Shown here: one piece after another, positions 47,386 through 56,995 of the stretch
Layout: each line of letters opens with the position of its first letter
How positions within the stretch are numbered: position 1 is the first letter of the stretch
Source: Bdellovibrionales bacterium
GTDB taxonomy: Bacteria > Bdellovibrionota > Bdellovibrionia > Bdellovibrionales > UBA1609
Direction: 5' to 3'
Length of the DNA: 64,000 nucleotides
Assembly: GCA_041690295.1 (NCBI GenBank)
Contig: JAWLHR010000001.1
Coordinates: 128,001-192,000 of the forward strand
Notes under the pieces: generated by a model
Told to the model about the DNA's origin: nothing
Databases searched by the model: none
What the model saw: the letters and a program-made list of their open reading frames with translations, nothing else
Translations under genes and position numbers: made by a program

Positions 47386-49386
47386 ATGAGCGATTGGAAC
47401 ACGCGAAAATCGGCGGAACTCTACGGGATCAATTATTGGGGGGCCAACTTTTTTCGCATCAATGATCAGGGCAACGTTGAAGTCAGACCCAATGATAAGG
47501 TTCCGGGCCTTGATCTTTATTCGCTCGTGCAAGACTTGCAGGAACGAGGCATCCGTTTACCCATCCTCTTGCGTTTTCCCGACATCATCAAATCGCGCAT
47601 CGAATTGTTGGCCGGCTGTTTCGCGCGCGCCATTGAAGAGGCCAAATACAACGGAGTCTACAAAGGCGTCTATCCCATCAAGGTCAATCAGCAAAAACAT
47701 CTGGTCGAAGAGATTTTGGATTTCGGCAAGCAGTACAATTTCGGCCTTGAAGCCGGCAGCAAGCCGGAGTTGCTCATTTCGCTCGCGCAGATGGACTCGC
47801 CGAACGCGTTGATCGTCTGTAACGGGTTTAAGGATCTGGAATACATCGAAATGGCTCTGATCTCGCAGAAACTGGGCCGCAACACCATTATCGTGGTGGA
47901 CCGGTTCACTGAATTGCCGATGATCATCAGCGCCTCAAAACGCCTGAACATCGAGCCGCGGATCGGATTCCGGGTCAAATTGAACACGCCGAGCAGCGGC
48001 CGTTGGGCCGAAACTTCCGGAGCGAAGTCGAAATTCGGTCTGACTCCGTCGGAGATCGTGCGTGGCGTGGAAATCCTGCGCGCCGAAAACATGCTCAATT
48101 GTCTCCAGCTGATTCACTTCCATATCGGCTCGCAAATTCCCTCGATTCAGGCCATCAAGGCCGCGATCAAGGAAGGGGCGCGTTTTTACGCCGAAGTTTA
48201 CGCCATGGGCGCCACCAATTTGCAATTCATCGACGTCGGCGGCGGTTTGGGCGTGGACTACGACGGATCAGGCCGCTCCGACAGCTCGACAAACTACAGT
48301 GAACAGGAATACGCCAACGATATCGTGGCGATTCTTCAATCCATCTGTGACGAAAAGAAAATTCCCCACCCGGACATCATCTCCGAGTCGGGACGCGCGC
48401 TGGTGGCCCACTCCACCGCTCTCATATTCGACGTCCTTGGACATAACGAAATCACCATGAACGGCTACTCGTTGACCAATCCGGAAAAAGAATCCCGGCT
48501 GGTTCAGGACCTCTATGAAATTTATCGGTCCGTGAACAAGGACAACGTGAACGAGTATTACAACGATTTGGTGGAAAAGAAGCGCGATACGCTTCAACTC
48601 TTTACCTATGGAGTATTGAGCCTCGAACAGCGGGCCAAGGCGGAAGACCTTTTCCGCGCCATCGCCACGAAGATCGTCAGCATCGCGCGTGAAAACAGTG
48701 ATGAACTGGAAGATATCCGCTACGCCCTTGAGCAGGAGCTTTCGGACACCTACTTCTGTAACTTCTCGGTGTTCCAGTCCTTGCCGGACGCTTGGGCCCT
48801 GGATCAGCTCTTCCCGATCATTCCGATTCACCGTTTAAATGAGCGGCCGGACCGGCGCGCCGTTCTGGTGGACCTGACTTGTGATTCCGACGGACATATC
48901 GACAATTTCATCGATATCGAAAGCGGCGGCGCCCAGAAGTACCTCGAAGTTCATGCCCTAGAGCCCGGAAACCCCTACTACATTGGGGCGTTCCTGACCG
49001 GCGCTTATCAAGAGATTTTGGGTGATTTGCACAACCTTTTCGGTGACACCGATGCCGTGCATATTTCTATTACCGAAGATGGCGGCTATCACATTGATCA
49101 TGTGGTCGAAGGGGATGAGGTTAAGGAAGTCTTGCAATATGTTGAATACAACCGCTCGGATCTACTCGAACGCATCCGCAAGGCCACGGAAACCAGCATT
49201 TTGAAAGGCACGATTTCACGTTCGGAGGCCCGGCTTTTGCTGGAGCATTACGAACGCGGGCTCTCGAGCTACACGTATTTGACGGAAGAATCCGCCATGC
49301 CTTTCATGCCGCAACGAAAGGAGTTGTCGAATGGCACAAATGCAACGAACGGAATCAGTGGGGCCGATCAGCCAGTTCATCAGTAA
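47386..49386 (+). CDS. speA: Biosynthetic arginine decarboxylase
   Basis: YPIKVNQ (PLP Lys), EAGSKPE, HFHIGSQ, TCDSDG, GAYQEILG. Confidence 0.97.
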   Translation: MSDWNTRKSAELYGINYWGANFFRINDQGNVEVRPNDKVPGLDLYSLVQDLQERGIRLPILLRFPDIIKSRIELLAGCFARAIEEAKYNGVYKGVYPIKVNQQKHLVEEILDFGKQYNFGLEAGSKPELLISLAQMDSPNALIVCNGFKDLEYIEMALISQKLGRNTIIVVDRFTELPMIISASKRLNIEPRIGFRVKLNTPSSGRWAETSGAKSKFGLTPSEIVRGVEILRAENMLNCLQLIHFHIGSQIPSIQAIKAAIKEGARFYAEVYAMGATNLQFIDVGGGLGVDYDGSGRSDSSTNYSEQEYANDIVAILQSICDEKKIPHPDIISESGRALVAHSTALIFDVLGHNEITMNGYSLTNPEKESRLVQDLYEIYRSVNKDNVNEYYNDLVEKKRDTLQLFTYGVLSLEQRAKAEDLFRAIATKIVSIARENSDELEDIRYALEQELSDTYFCNFSVFQSLPDAWALDQLFPIIPIHRLNERPDRRAVLVDLTCDSDGHIDNFIDIESGGAQKYLEVHALEPGNPYYIGAFLTGAYQEILGDLHNLFGDTDAVHISITEDGGYHIDHVVEGDEVKEVLQYVEYNRSDLLERIRKATETSILKGTISRSEARLLLEHYERGLSSYTYLTEESAMPFMPQRKELSNGTNATNGISGADQPVHQ

Positions 49387-50323
49387 GCATTTCTTGCACT
49401 TCAATGCCGCGAGCCTGAAGGATGCGGCCGAAGCCTATCGTTTCCATGTGGAAAACGGCGGAAAAATGATGGTCACCTTGGCCGGAGCCATGAGCACGGC
49501 CGAGCTCGGAATTTCGCTCGCCGAAATGATCCGGCAGGATAAAATTCATGCTATCACCTGCACCGGAGCGAATCTTGAAGAAGACGTTTTCAACCTTGTG
49601 GCTCATGAAGACTATGTGCGCGTGCCGAACTGGCGCGAATTAACCGCCAAAGATGAAATGGCCCTTCTTGAGCGCCACCTGAACCGGGTGACAGACACCT
49701 GCATTCCCGAAGAGCAGGCCATTCGCCGGATTGAGAAATACGTGTTGGAAAAATGGGACAAAGCCTCCAAAGCCGGCGAATCCTATTTTCCGCATGAGTA
49801 CCTTTACCAGATCTTCGCGGACGGCTCTTTGGAAAAGCATTATCAGATCGATCCCAAGAACTCTTGGCTTCTGGCCGCTTATGAAAAGAATCTGCCGATT
49901 TTCGTTCCGGGCTGGGAAGATTCCACCTTGGGCAACATTTTCGCCGGCCGGCTGATGCAAAACAGAGTCAATGCGGCTTGCATGAAAACTGGAATCCATT
50001 ACATGGCGGCTCTGGCGGATTGGTACACGAAATCCATTAATAAGCAGGGTATTGGATTTTTCCAAATCGCCGGCGGCATCGCCGGTGACTTCCCGATTTG
50101 TGTCGTGCCTCTCCTTGAACAGGATTTGGCGCGACCAACGCCGAAATGGGCGTACTTCTGCCAAATCAGCGACTCGACCACGTCCTACGGTAGCTATTCG
50201 GGCGCGGTTCCCAACGAGAAGATCACCTGGGGAAAACTGGATCTCGATTCCAAGAAGTTCATCATTGAATCGGATGCGTCCATCGTGGCGCCGCTGATCT
50301 TCGCTTACGTTCTCCGCCACTGA
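49331..50323 (+). CDS. Deoxyhypusine synthase-like protein (probable homospermidine-pathway enzyme)
   Basis: TGANLEED, GGIAGDF, GSYSGAVPNEKITWGK, ESDA; AAGGAG RBS inside speA. Confidence 0.9.
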   Translation: MAQMQRTESVGPISQFISKHFLHFNAASLKDAAEAYRFHVENGGKMMVTLAGAMSTAELGISLAEMIRQDKIHAITCTGANLEEDVFNLVAHEDYVRVPNWRELTAKDEMALLERHLNRVTDTCIPEEQAIRRIEKYVLEKWDKASKAGESYFPHEYLYQIFADGSLEKHYQIDPKNSWLLAAYEKNLPIFVPGWEDSTLGNIFAGRLMQNRVNAACMKTGIHYMAALADWYTKSINKQGIGFFQIAGGIAGDFPICVVPLLEQDLARPTPKWAYFCQISDSTTSYGSYSGAVPNEKITWGKLDLDSKKFIIESDASIVAPLIFAYVLRH

Positions 50324-50405
50324 CAATATTCGGCCTGATCCGCGTGCCGCGGATCGGCCAAGTCTCATTTAAACCGGGCAGGCCCTCAATTAAGAGGGCG
50401 CTTGC

Positions 50406-50422
50406 TTGGCAGCGAAACTGCA
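50406..50422 (+). promoter_or_regulatory. Putative sigma54 promoter
   Basis: TTGGCAGCGAAACTGCA, GG-N10-GC, 30 nt before ATG 50453. Confidence 0.6.
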
Positions 50423-50452
50423 CTCCAAGTCCGGGTTCAGGGACTTGGCCGC

Positions 50453-51343
50453 ATGCTAAAAACACTTTGGATTCCCTTCGCGATCTTCTTCGGGAGCGCC
50501 TCGTGGGCGCACTCTCGGGCCGGTGTGTGTGAGAGCTATCTTAGTTTTCCGGTACAAATCAGTCTCAAAGCCAATGCCCGAATCATCAACGACAACGACT
50601 TTACCGTGACTCGTCCATTGAAGGAATTGAAGACCTTACTGCCCGATGTTTTCGGCGCCTACTTGATCGATATCCAAATCGGGGGCACGTGGGTCGACGC
50701 GGGCGCCGGGCTCGCGCAGGCGCAAATTGATTTCTATGAACTCCACCGATCAAGCATTGAAACCATGGGCAGTCGCTTGATCGCCATCACCGCCACCCGC
50801 CCGCGAAGAGCTTCGGATCAGGTCCTGCGGCGAAGTTATCGAACCGCTTTTCAAAGAGCGTCCGATCGCCTGGATCATATGCTTGAGTTGGACCGTCCCT
50901 CCTTTCGCTACATGGAGGGGCGTTACATCGAGGACATCCCCACACATGAAATCGCCAACCCGGGCAGCGTCAGCCTTATCACGGATGTTTTTGGCCCTCT
51001 CAGCTATTCGCCCAGAATTGATCGCGTGCTTCGGGTTTATGCCGAAGCTTTGAAACCCGGTGGCGCGGTTTTCGTCCACATGAATAACCTAAATAGGGTT
51101 ATCGGTCCGGATAAACGAGTCATGTCCATCCCCGGGTTCATCAAATATTACTGTCGCGGGCTCGAGGTCCGTAATTATCCTGGCCGCTTTTGGTACCTGG
51201 TGCGCAATCACGATGAAATTTCAATACCGGCATTGGATTTGGAGCATTTACGCCCCGGCCGACCGCCAACTCGAAAATTTAGAATCCGATCGACGAACGC
51301 GACGAGTAACGATGCGAGCCATTTATTGAGAACCAACCCGTAA
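50453..51343 (+). CDS. Signal-peptide-bearing class I SAM methyltransferase-like protein
   Basis: MLKTLWIPFAIFFGSASWA signal; WVDAGAG motif I; LKPGG. Confidence 0.65.
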   Translation: MLKTLWIPFAIFFGSASWAHSRAGVCESYLSFPVQISLKANARIINDNDFTVTRPLKELKTLLPDVFGAYLIDIQIGGTWVDAGAGLAQAQIDFYELHRSSIETMGSRLIAITATRPRRASDQVLRRSYRTAFQRASDRLDHMLELDRPSFRYMEGRYIEDIPTHEIANPGSVSLITDVFGPLSYSPRIDRVLRVYAEALKPGGAVFVHMNNLNRVIGPDKRVMSIPGFIKYYCRGLEVRNYPGRFWYLVRNHDEISIPALDLEHLRPGRPPTRKFRIRSTNATSNDASHLLRTNP

Positions 51344-51363
51344 GTGCGATATGGGGTGAGGCA

Positions 51364-51822
51364 ATGAAAAAATTGATGTTGGCTCTGGTGATGATGTCGC
51401 CTTCGATCGTTATGGCTGGGTTGGAACGAGTCAAAAGCGAATCCGTTTACTCCGCGGTCAAAGCCTGCGTTGAGGCGGCCGACCGAAATTGCAAATTTCA
51501 CTTTCAAGTGAGCCGGGGCGTGAGCCGCCGCGAAGTTTGTCGCGCCGGCCGCAGTATCCATTCCTGTCACCTTGTTGATAAAGCGGTGGATATCTTCAGC
51601 AGCGAAGCTTGCATGGACCAGGTCGCCAATTGTTTGCGTGGAAGTTGGTCCACCCTTTATTGCTACAAAGATTGGGGCATCGGTGGATTTCTCGATTATA
51701 TGGAGTGGGGCTGCAGCGCCAATTCCCATCGCAACCATATCCATGTGCAACCGGCCTTCGGCTGTAAAAAAGCCGTGCGCCGCCTGTTGAAAGAACACGG
51801 TATTCGCTGCGGCCGAAACTGA
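51364..51822 (+). CDS. Secreted Cys-rich protein with peptidase M15/Hedgehog-DD-peptidase Zn motifs
   Basis: Signal peptide; SCHLVDKAVD and HRNHIHV; 10 Cys. Confidence 0.6.
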   Translation: MKKLMLALVMMSPSIVMAGLERVKSESVYSAVKACVEAADRNCKFHFQVSRGVSRREVCRAGRSIHSCHLVDKAVDIFSSEACMDQVANCLRGSWSTLYCYKDWGIGGFLDYMEWGCSANSHRNHIHVQPAFGCKKAVRRLLKEHGIRCGRN

Positions 51823-51864
51823 TCTCATTACGCTTTCAATTAGTTTGCGGACTGATTTTCACTT

Positions 51865-51885
51865 AATTGAAATCCATTCTCAATT
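51865..51885. promoter_or_regulatory. Fur-box-like operator
   Basis: AATTGAAATCCATTCTCAATT imperfect AT-rich palindrome 50 nt upstream of an iron-uptake operon. Confidence 0.7.
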
Positions 51886-51935
51886 CTAGACTCCAGGCGA
51901 CCAGGCGAGCATATTAGGCCGCACGGAGGATAATT

Positions 51936-52910
51936 ATGAAAAAGGGTATCTTGCTCGTCAGTCTTTTTTTCGCCAATGCGGTTTGGGCCGACCTAACCGT
52001 GTTCACCGATCGACCCCAAAATCGTTTCACCAATGTCGTTGAAGCTTTCACCCAAAAAACCGGTCAGAAAGTGACCTTTGTCGAAGGCAGCTATAAGGAC
52101 CTGCTGAAAAGTTTAGAGGAAAAATCAACCGCCGATCTGATCATCACCAAGGATTTGGTTTACCTCAATGAACTCACCGAGAAAGGGTTGCTGCAACCCA
52201 TGACCAGCACTCCTTCAGTTCAAAAAGTGCACTCGAGCATGCGCGATCCGAACAACAATTGGGTGGCGATTTCGTTCCGCGTGCGTTCCGCGGCTTACGA
52301 TCCCTCCCGGGTCTCCGCCAATGAACTCACAACCTATGAGGACTTGGCTAGCGCCAAGTGGCTGGGCCGTCTTTGCCTGCGCACCAGCAAAGCGGCGTAC
52401 AATGAAGCCTTGGTCAGCGAACTCATCTCCCGTTACGGCGAAGAACGGGCAAGAGCCATCGTGGAAGGCTGGGTCGCCAATTTGGCCGCGCCTCCGTTCC
52501 CCAATGACACAGCCGCCCTGGAAGCCGTGGCCAACGGCACCTGTGACGTCGCTATCGTGAATCACTATTATCTGGCCCAATTGGTGGCTAAAAACCCCAA
52601 TTTCCCGGTTAAGATGGCCTTCCTCGATCAATCGGGCTCGGGCGTCCATGCCAACGGAACCGGTGTGGCGATCGTGAACGACAGCCAGCAAGCGACTCTC
52701 GCTCAGGAATTTATTGACCTGCTTCTCGAAGATGACGCACAACTTGAGATCTCAGCCGCGCACTTCGACTATCCTGCTGTTGAAAATCTGCTGCCCAACA
52801 CGTTGATCAAGGACTGGGGGACATTCATCTTGAGTTCGGAAAACTGGTCGCGCCTCGGTCCTCACGTTGAAAGCGCGCGCAAGATGATGAAAGATGCCGG
52901 TTACAATTAA
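51936..52910 (+). CDS. Fe3+ ABC substrate-binding protein (FutA/FbpA-like)
   Basis: LCLRTSKAAYN, W..NL, ND, CDVAIVNHYY (Tyr-Tyr iron ligands), GVHAN. Confidence 0.88.
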   Translation: MKKGILLVSLFFANAVWADLTVFTDRPQNRFTNVVEAFTQKTGQKVTFVEGSYKDLLKSLEEKSTADLIITKDLVYLNELTEKGLLQPMTSTPSVQKVHSSMRDPNNNWVAISFRVRSAAYDPSRVSANELTTYEDLASAKWLGRLCLRTSKAAYNEALVSELISRYGEERARAIVEGWVANLAAPPFPNDTAALEAVANGTCDVAIVNHYYLAQLVAKNPNFPVKMAFLDQSGSGVHANGTGVAIVNDSQQATLAQEFIDLLLEDDAQLEISAAHFDYPAVENLLPNTLIKDWGTFILSSENWSRLGPHVESARKMMKDAGYN

Positions 52911-52919
52911 GGAGCGCAA

Positions 52920-53528
52920 TTGAATATTTCGCTTCGCCCAACCTATGTTTCATTAATCGCGTCAGGCTCGGTTCATCTGGGCCTGATCGTGCTCTTGGCG
53001 ATGGTGTCAAGCGCGCCTCGCGAGACGCGTTCTTTCGTTGAAATCACCCTCATGCCCTCGCCTGTGGCGAAAACTTCTGGAATTGAGTCGACGATCACAT
53101 CCACACCTTCGCCAATCACAAAAAACAGCACGGCACCTAAGACGGCGAAGGCCGCGCCTTTAATTTCTAAGCCGGCGATTAAAACAGATAACCAGTCCAT
53201 GCCCACCAACGCGGTTGAGCGTGGCGGCGCCGAAACCTTAAGCGCCGATGATCCGTTCGTTCTGGAAGTGGCGCGACTGCTCAACGCTCGCAAAAGCTAT
53301 CCTGAGGCGGCCCGCCGGCTTCGCCAACAGGGGCGAGTGAAAATCCGCTTTGAGATCGATCGCCAAGGGCGAATTCTTTCCTATGAAATCATCGAGAAAT
53401 CTCCTTACGAAATCCTCAACGACGCCGCCGGAAAGTTCATCCGCGATATTAACGGCTTGATCCCGATTCCCACCCGATCCGCCCGATTGACCTGGAGTTT
53501 TATCGTTCCGATTGAGTACAAACTTTGA
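52920..53528 (+). CDS. TonB energy transducer
   Basis: TM with SGSVH; Pro/Thr linker; YPEAARRLRQQGRVKIRFEIDRQG; AGGAG then TTG. Confidence 0.88.
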   Translation: MNISLRPTYVSLIASGSVHLGLIVLLAMVSSAPRETRSFVEITLMPSPVAKTSGIESTITSTPSPITKNSTAPKTAKAAPLISKPAIKTDNQSMPTNAVERGGAETLSADDPFVLEVARLLNARKSYPEAARRLRQQGRVKIRFEIDRQGRILSYEIIEKSPYEILNDAAGKFIRDINGLIPIPTRSARLTWSFIVPIEYKL

Positions 53529-53541
53529 TTTGAGGTTTGCC

Positions 53542-54819
53542 ATGCGAAAAATCTTACTGATTCCGATCGCGTTCACCCTAACCTTGAGCGCCTGTGATGA
53601 TTTTTTCAATAAAAGTAAAAACGCCCGGTCTCTGGGCGGCGATGACAAAAACAAACCCGCGGGTCAAAATCCCTTTCCGCCCGGCTTCGATTTCACGTCT
53701 CCACCTTTCACTGAGGCTAAAATGTTGGCGAATATCGGCGTAAAGGTGATCGCGCCCGCCACCGCCAAGCTGCGCTTACAACTGGAAGTGCTGGGTTTGG
53801 AGCTGCAATCACTGCGGGAACGTCTGGCGAACGAACGTCACGCCGACACATCGGCCGTTGAGTCGGCCTGGCGCTCGGCGATGATGAGCTATCATTTTTT
53901 GGCCGCGGCCGCCGTGGGTCCGATGACCGATAACCGACGTCAAATCGCGGACAATCTTTATGGTTGGCCCAGTTTTAATCCCTGCGGAATTGATATGGAG
54001 GTGGAAAGCCTCGCACGAACCGGTGTGATGAACGAACGGATCCTTTTCACCGCGAAAGGCCTCGCCGCGCTCGAATATTTAATTTTCGAGCCGACCCTCG
54101 GCACCCAATGCAACCCTTTAAACCCAAGATACAAGCCGGCCCACGAGTGGGCGCGAAAGGACGCTCGGCAAAAACGCGCCGACCGGATTCACTATGCCTC
54201 GGAAATCGTGAAGGATGCCGTTCATTACGCCCGCGAACTGGAACAGGCATGGGATCCCGAAGGCGCTAATTTTTCAAATACCCTGATTAACCGGACTCGT
54301 TATCCGGACCTACATAAAGCCATCAACGCCTTATCGGATGCGCTCTTTGCCTTCGAAGAGGTGAAGGACCGTCGATTGGGCCGCCCCATCGGCTTGCATC
54401 CCGATTGCACCGATGACTCGGGCAAATGCGTTACCGACATTGAACACCGCTGGTCCGGAGTTTCCATCGAAGCGATGCAAGCGCGGATGCGCGGGTTCGC
54501 CGCTGTGTTCATGGGCGCGGATTTCGGTTTGGACGACTTATTGATTTCCCAGAACAAGGCCTCGGTCAGCCAAGCCATCGAGCAAGCACTGAATCAAGTC
54601 TTGAACGCGGTGAATGAACTTCGATCGCTGGGAACCCTTGAGAACCAAATTAAAGATATGGATGTGGCGGCTTGCCGGGCATCGACCTCTGAAAATCGAC
54701 TGGTGCCCGTCTGCGCTTTACACGCGGATCTGAAGCGACTTTCCCAAGTGATGAAAATTGATTTTCTCGCGGCACTCTCATTGACCGCGCCACCCAGTTA
54801 CCAAGGCGATAATGATTAA
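53542..54819 (+). CDS. Imelysin-family lipoprotein lacking HxxE
   Basis: Lipobox LSAC; AWRSA, KGLAALEYLIF, IEHRWS, C-terminal GDND. Confidence 0.8.
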   Translation: MRKILLIPIAFTLTLSACDDFFNKSKNARSLGGDDKNKPAGQNPFPPGFDFTSPPFTEAKMLANIGVKVIAPATAKLRLQLEVLGLELQSLRERLANERHADTSAVESAWRSAMMSYHFLAAAAVGPMTDNRRQIADNLYGWPSFNPCGIDMEVESLARTGVMNERILFTAKGLAALEYLIFEPTLGTQCNPLNPRYKPAHEWARKDARQKRADRIHYASEIVKDAVHYARELEQAWDPEGANFSNTLINRTRYPDLHKAINALSDALFAFEEVKDRRLGRPIGLHPDCTDDSGKCVTDIEHRWSGVSIEAMQARMRGFAAVFMGADFGLDDLLISQNKASVSQAIEQALNQVLNAVNELRSLGTLENQIKDMDVAACRASTSENRLVPVCALHADLKRLSQVMKIDFLAALSLTAPPSYQGDND

Positions 54820-56992
54820 ATTCATTGGTTTGATTTTTTTGTTTTTGCCCGCGGCCCAAGCCCAAGAATCGGCCGACACGATTTTACCGACGATTGAAAT
54901 CTTCGGCGGTTCGACTGATGAATTGAACCGCCCCATGGAACCCGCCAAAGTGAGTCGCCGGAAAATCGAACAGTACCAGTACACGGACGTCAATCGAGCG
55001 TTGAAGAACACGAGCGGCGTCTACATGCGCGAGGAAGACGGCCAGGGACTGCGGCCGAACATCGGCTTGCGCGGGACCTATCCGGATCGCTCAAAGAAAA
55101 TCGTTATGATGCAAGACGGGATCTTGATCGGCCCGGCGCCTTATTCCGCGCCCGCCGCCTACTACACCCCGAGCATGGTGCACACCGAATCGCTGGAAGT
55201 TTATAAGGGCTTCGCGGCGGTTCCCTATGGTCCAAATTCCGTGGGTGGAGCGATCCATTACCTGAGTCCTTCCATTCCCTTTTCCAATACTTATTTCATC
55301 GATGGTGGCTACGGAGCCTATGACCTCCGTCGCCTCAAACTCGGCACCGGTGGCCCGTTCGGCTCGCACGGCTACCTGGTGGAAGGATCACGGCTGCAAA
55401 CCGAAGGATTCAAGAAACTGGACGGTGGGGGAAAAACCGGATTCACGCAGAATCATGTACTGGGACGATTTGAATTCAAAATTTCGGAGCGGCTTCGTTC
55501 GGAACTCATCACCGACTACGCCGACGAGAATTCCCATGAAACTTATTTGGGACTTTCGGCGGAAGATTTTGATCAATCACCCTATCGGCGATATTCCGCA
55601 TCGGCGCTGGACAAAATGGAATGGCACCACAGCCGGTTTCAGCTGCGCAACACCTTACAGCTGAGCGGCCAAACTTTCTTGGAAGCCACGATTTATCGCA
55701 ATGATTATGAGCGCACCTGGTACCGTCTGAATGGTTTCCGCAACACCAATGTGAACTTGCACGACATTTTGAACGACCCGACCGGAACCAACGCGGACTA
55801 TTTGAATGTTCTTCGTGGCGATGCGGACTCGGCGACCCTGGGGCCGAACGGCGACCTCATTGTCTTGAACAATCATCGCACTTACTTCAGCCATGGCCTG
55901 CAAACCCGGCTGCTTTCGCAAATCGAAGCCGGCGGGCAAAAGCACGCCTTTGAGTTCGGCGTGAGAATTCACCAGGACCAAATTACTCGTGACCACACCT
56001 CGGACAGTTACCAGATGATTTCGCGACGTCTGGTGAGAACGGCCGACCCCCGCCAGACCAAAGATCAAAACCGGGACTCCGCCACGGCGCTGACACTGAC
56101 GGCAAGTGACAACTGGCGGATTGGAAGCATCACCTTAACTCCCGTTCTGCGCTATGAAGACATCAACTTCAAATTCAAGAATAAGCTGACAGGCGCCTCA
56201 CACGATCGCAATGACAGTTTCCTTGTGCCCGGCTTCGCGGTAACCAAGGCTTGGGCGGAAAACTATTCCGTTCGGGCGAGCGTCAACAAAGCCGTGACCG
56301 CGGCCGGAATCAGCTCCGACGGGACGGAAAAGCGGGAAAACGCCACCAACTATGAAATGGAATTCAAATATCGGGATCCCCTTCGCTCGCAAGAAGCCGG
56401 CCTACTGGCGTTTTACAATGATTATCAAAGGCTCACGGGAACCTGTTCAGCCTCAAGCGGCTGCCAATCCGCGACCGACGAACAATTCAATGGCGGCAAG
56501 GCGCGAGTTTGGGGTTTGGAAACAGGCGTGGCCAAAGGATTTCAAATTCAAAAAGTCCATGTTCCCGTTCAAGCCAACGCCACTTTGCTTTGGGCGGAAT
56601 GGGCCAGTGAATTCACCACGAGTTCAAAGGAGTGGGGAAGCAGCGCCCCGCTCCTTGGAGCCTCCACCATCCGTTCGGGAGATCCGCTGCCGTATGTGCC
56701 GCGCACACAATACTCGGTTTCCATCGGTACCGAATACGGAAAATTCAAACAGGATTTTTCGATCACATATCAGGGAAAAGTGTACGATCAATCGGCGGAC
56801 CATTTACGCCGTGAAATCGGCGCCTATGGTGTGGTGGATTGGGCCGCCTCTTACCAGATTTCCAAACACAACCGGATGACCGCTCGAATCGACAATATTT
56901 TAGATCGCCGATACGCCGTTTCGGCCCGACCATTCGGCCTTCGCCCCGGCAAGCCGCAAAGCTTCCATGTCGGTTGGATTTACAGGTACTAG
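54812..56992 (+). CDS. TonB-dependent outer-membrane receptor (FecA-like)
   Basis: EEDGQGLRPNIGLRG plug, YGPNSVGG, IDNILD, terminal WIYRY. Confidence 0.93.
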   Translation: MIKFIGLIFLFLPAAQAQESADTILPTIEIFGGSTDELNRPMEPAKVSRRKIEQYQYTDVNRALKNTSGVYMREEDGQGLRPNIGLRGTYPDRSKKIVMMQDGILIGPAPYSAPAAYYTPSMVHTESLEVYKGFAAVPYGPNSVGGAIHYLSPSIPFSNTYFIDGGYGAYDLRRLKLGTGGPFGSHGYLVEGSRLQTEGFKKLDGGGKTGFTQNHVLGRFEFKISERLRSELITDYADENSHETYLGLSAEDFDQSPYRRYSASALDKMEWHHSRFQLRNTLQLSGQTFLEATIYRNDYERTWYRLNGFRNTNVNLHDILNDPTGTNADYLNVLRGDADSATLGPNGDLIVLNNHRTYFSHGLQTRLLSQIEAGGQKHAFEFGVRIHQDQITRDHTSDSYQMISRRLVRTADPRQTKDQNRDSATALTLTASDNWRIGSITLTPVLRYEDINFKFKNKLTGASHDRNDSFLVPGFAVTKAWAENYSVRASVNKAVTAAGISSDGTEKRENATNYEMEFKYRDPLRSQEAGLLAFYNDYQRLTGTCSASSGCQSATDEQFNGGKARVWGLETGVAKGFQIQKVHVPVQANATLLWAEWASEFTTSSKEWGSSAPLLGASTIRSGDPLPYVPRTQYSVSIGTEYGKFKQDFSITYQGKVYDQSADHLRREIGAYGVVDWAASYQISKHNRMTARIDNILDRRYAVSARPFGLRPGKPQSFHVGWIYRY

Positions 56993-56995
56993 CTT

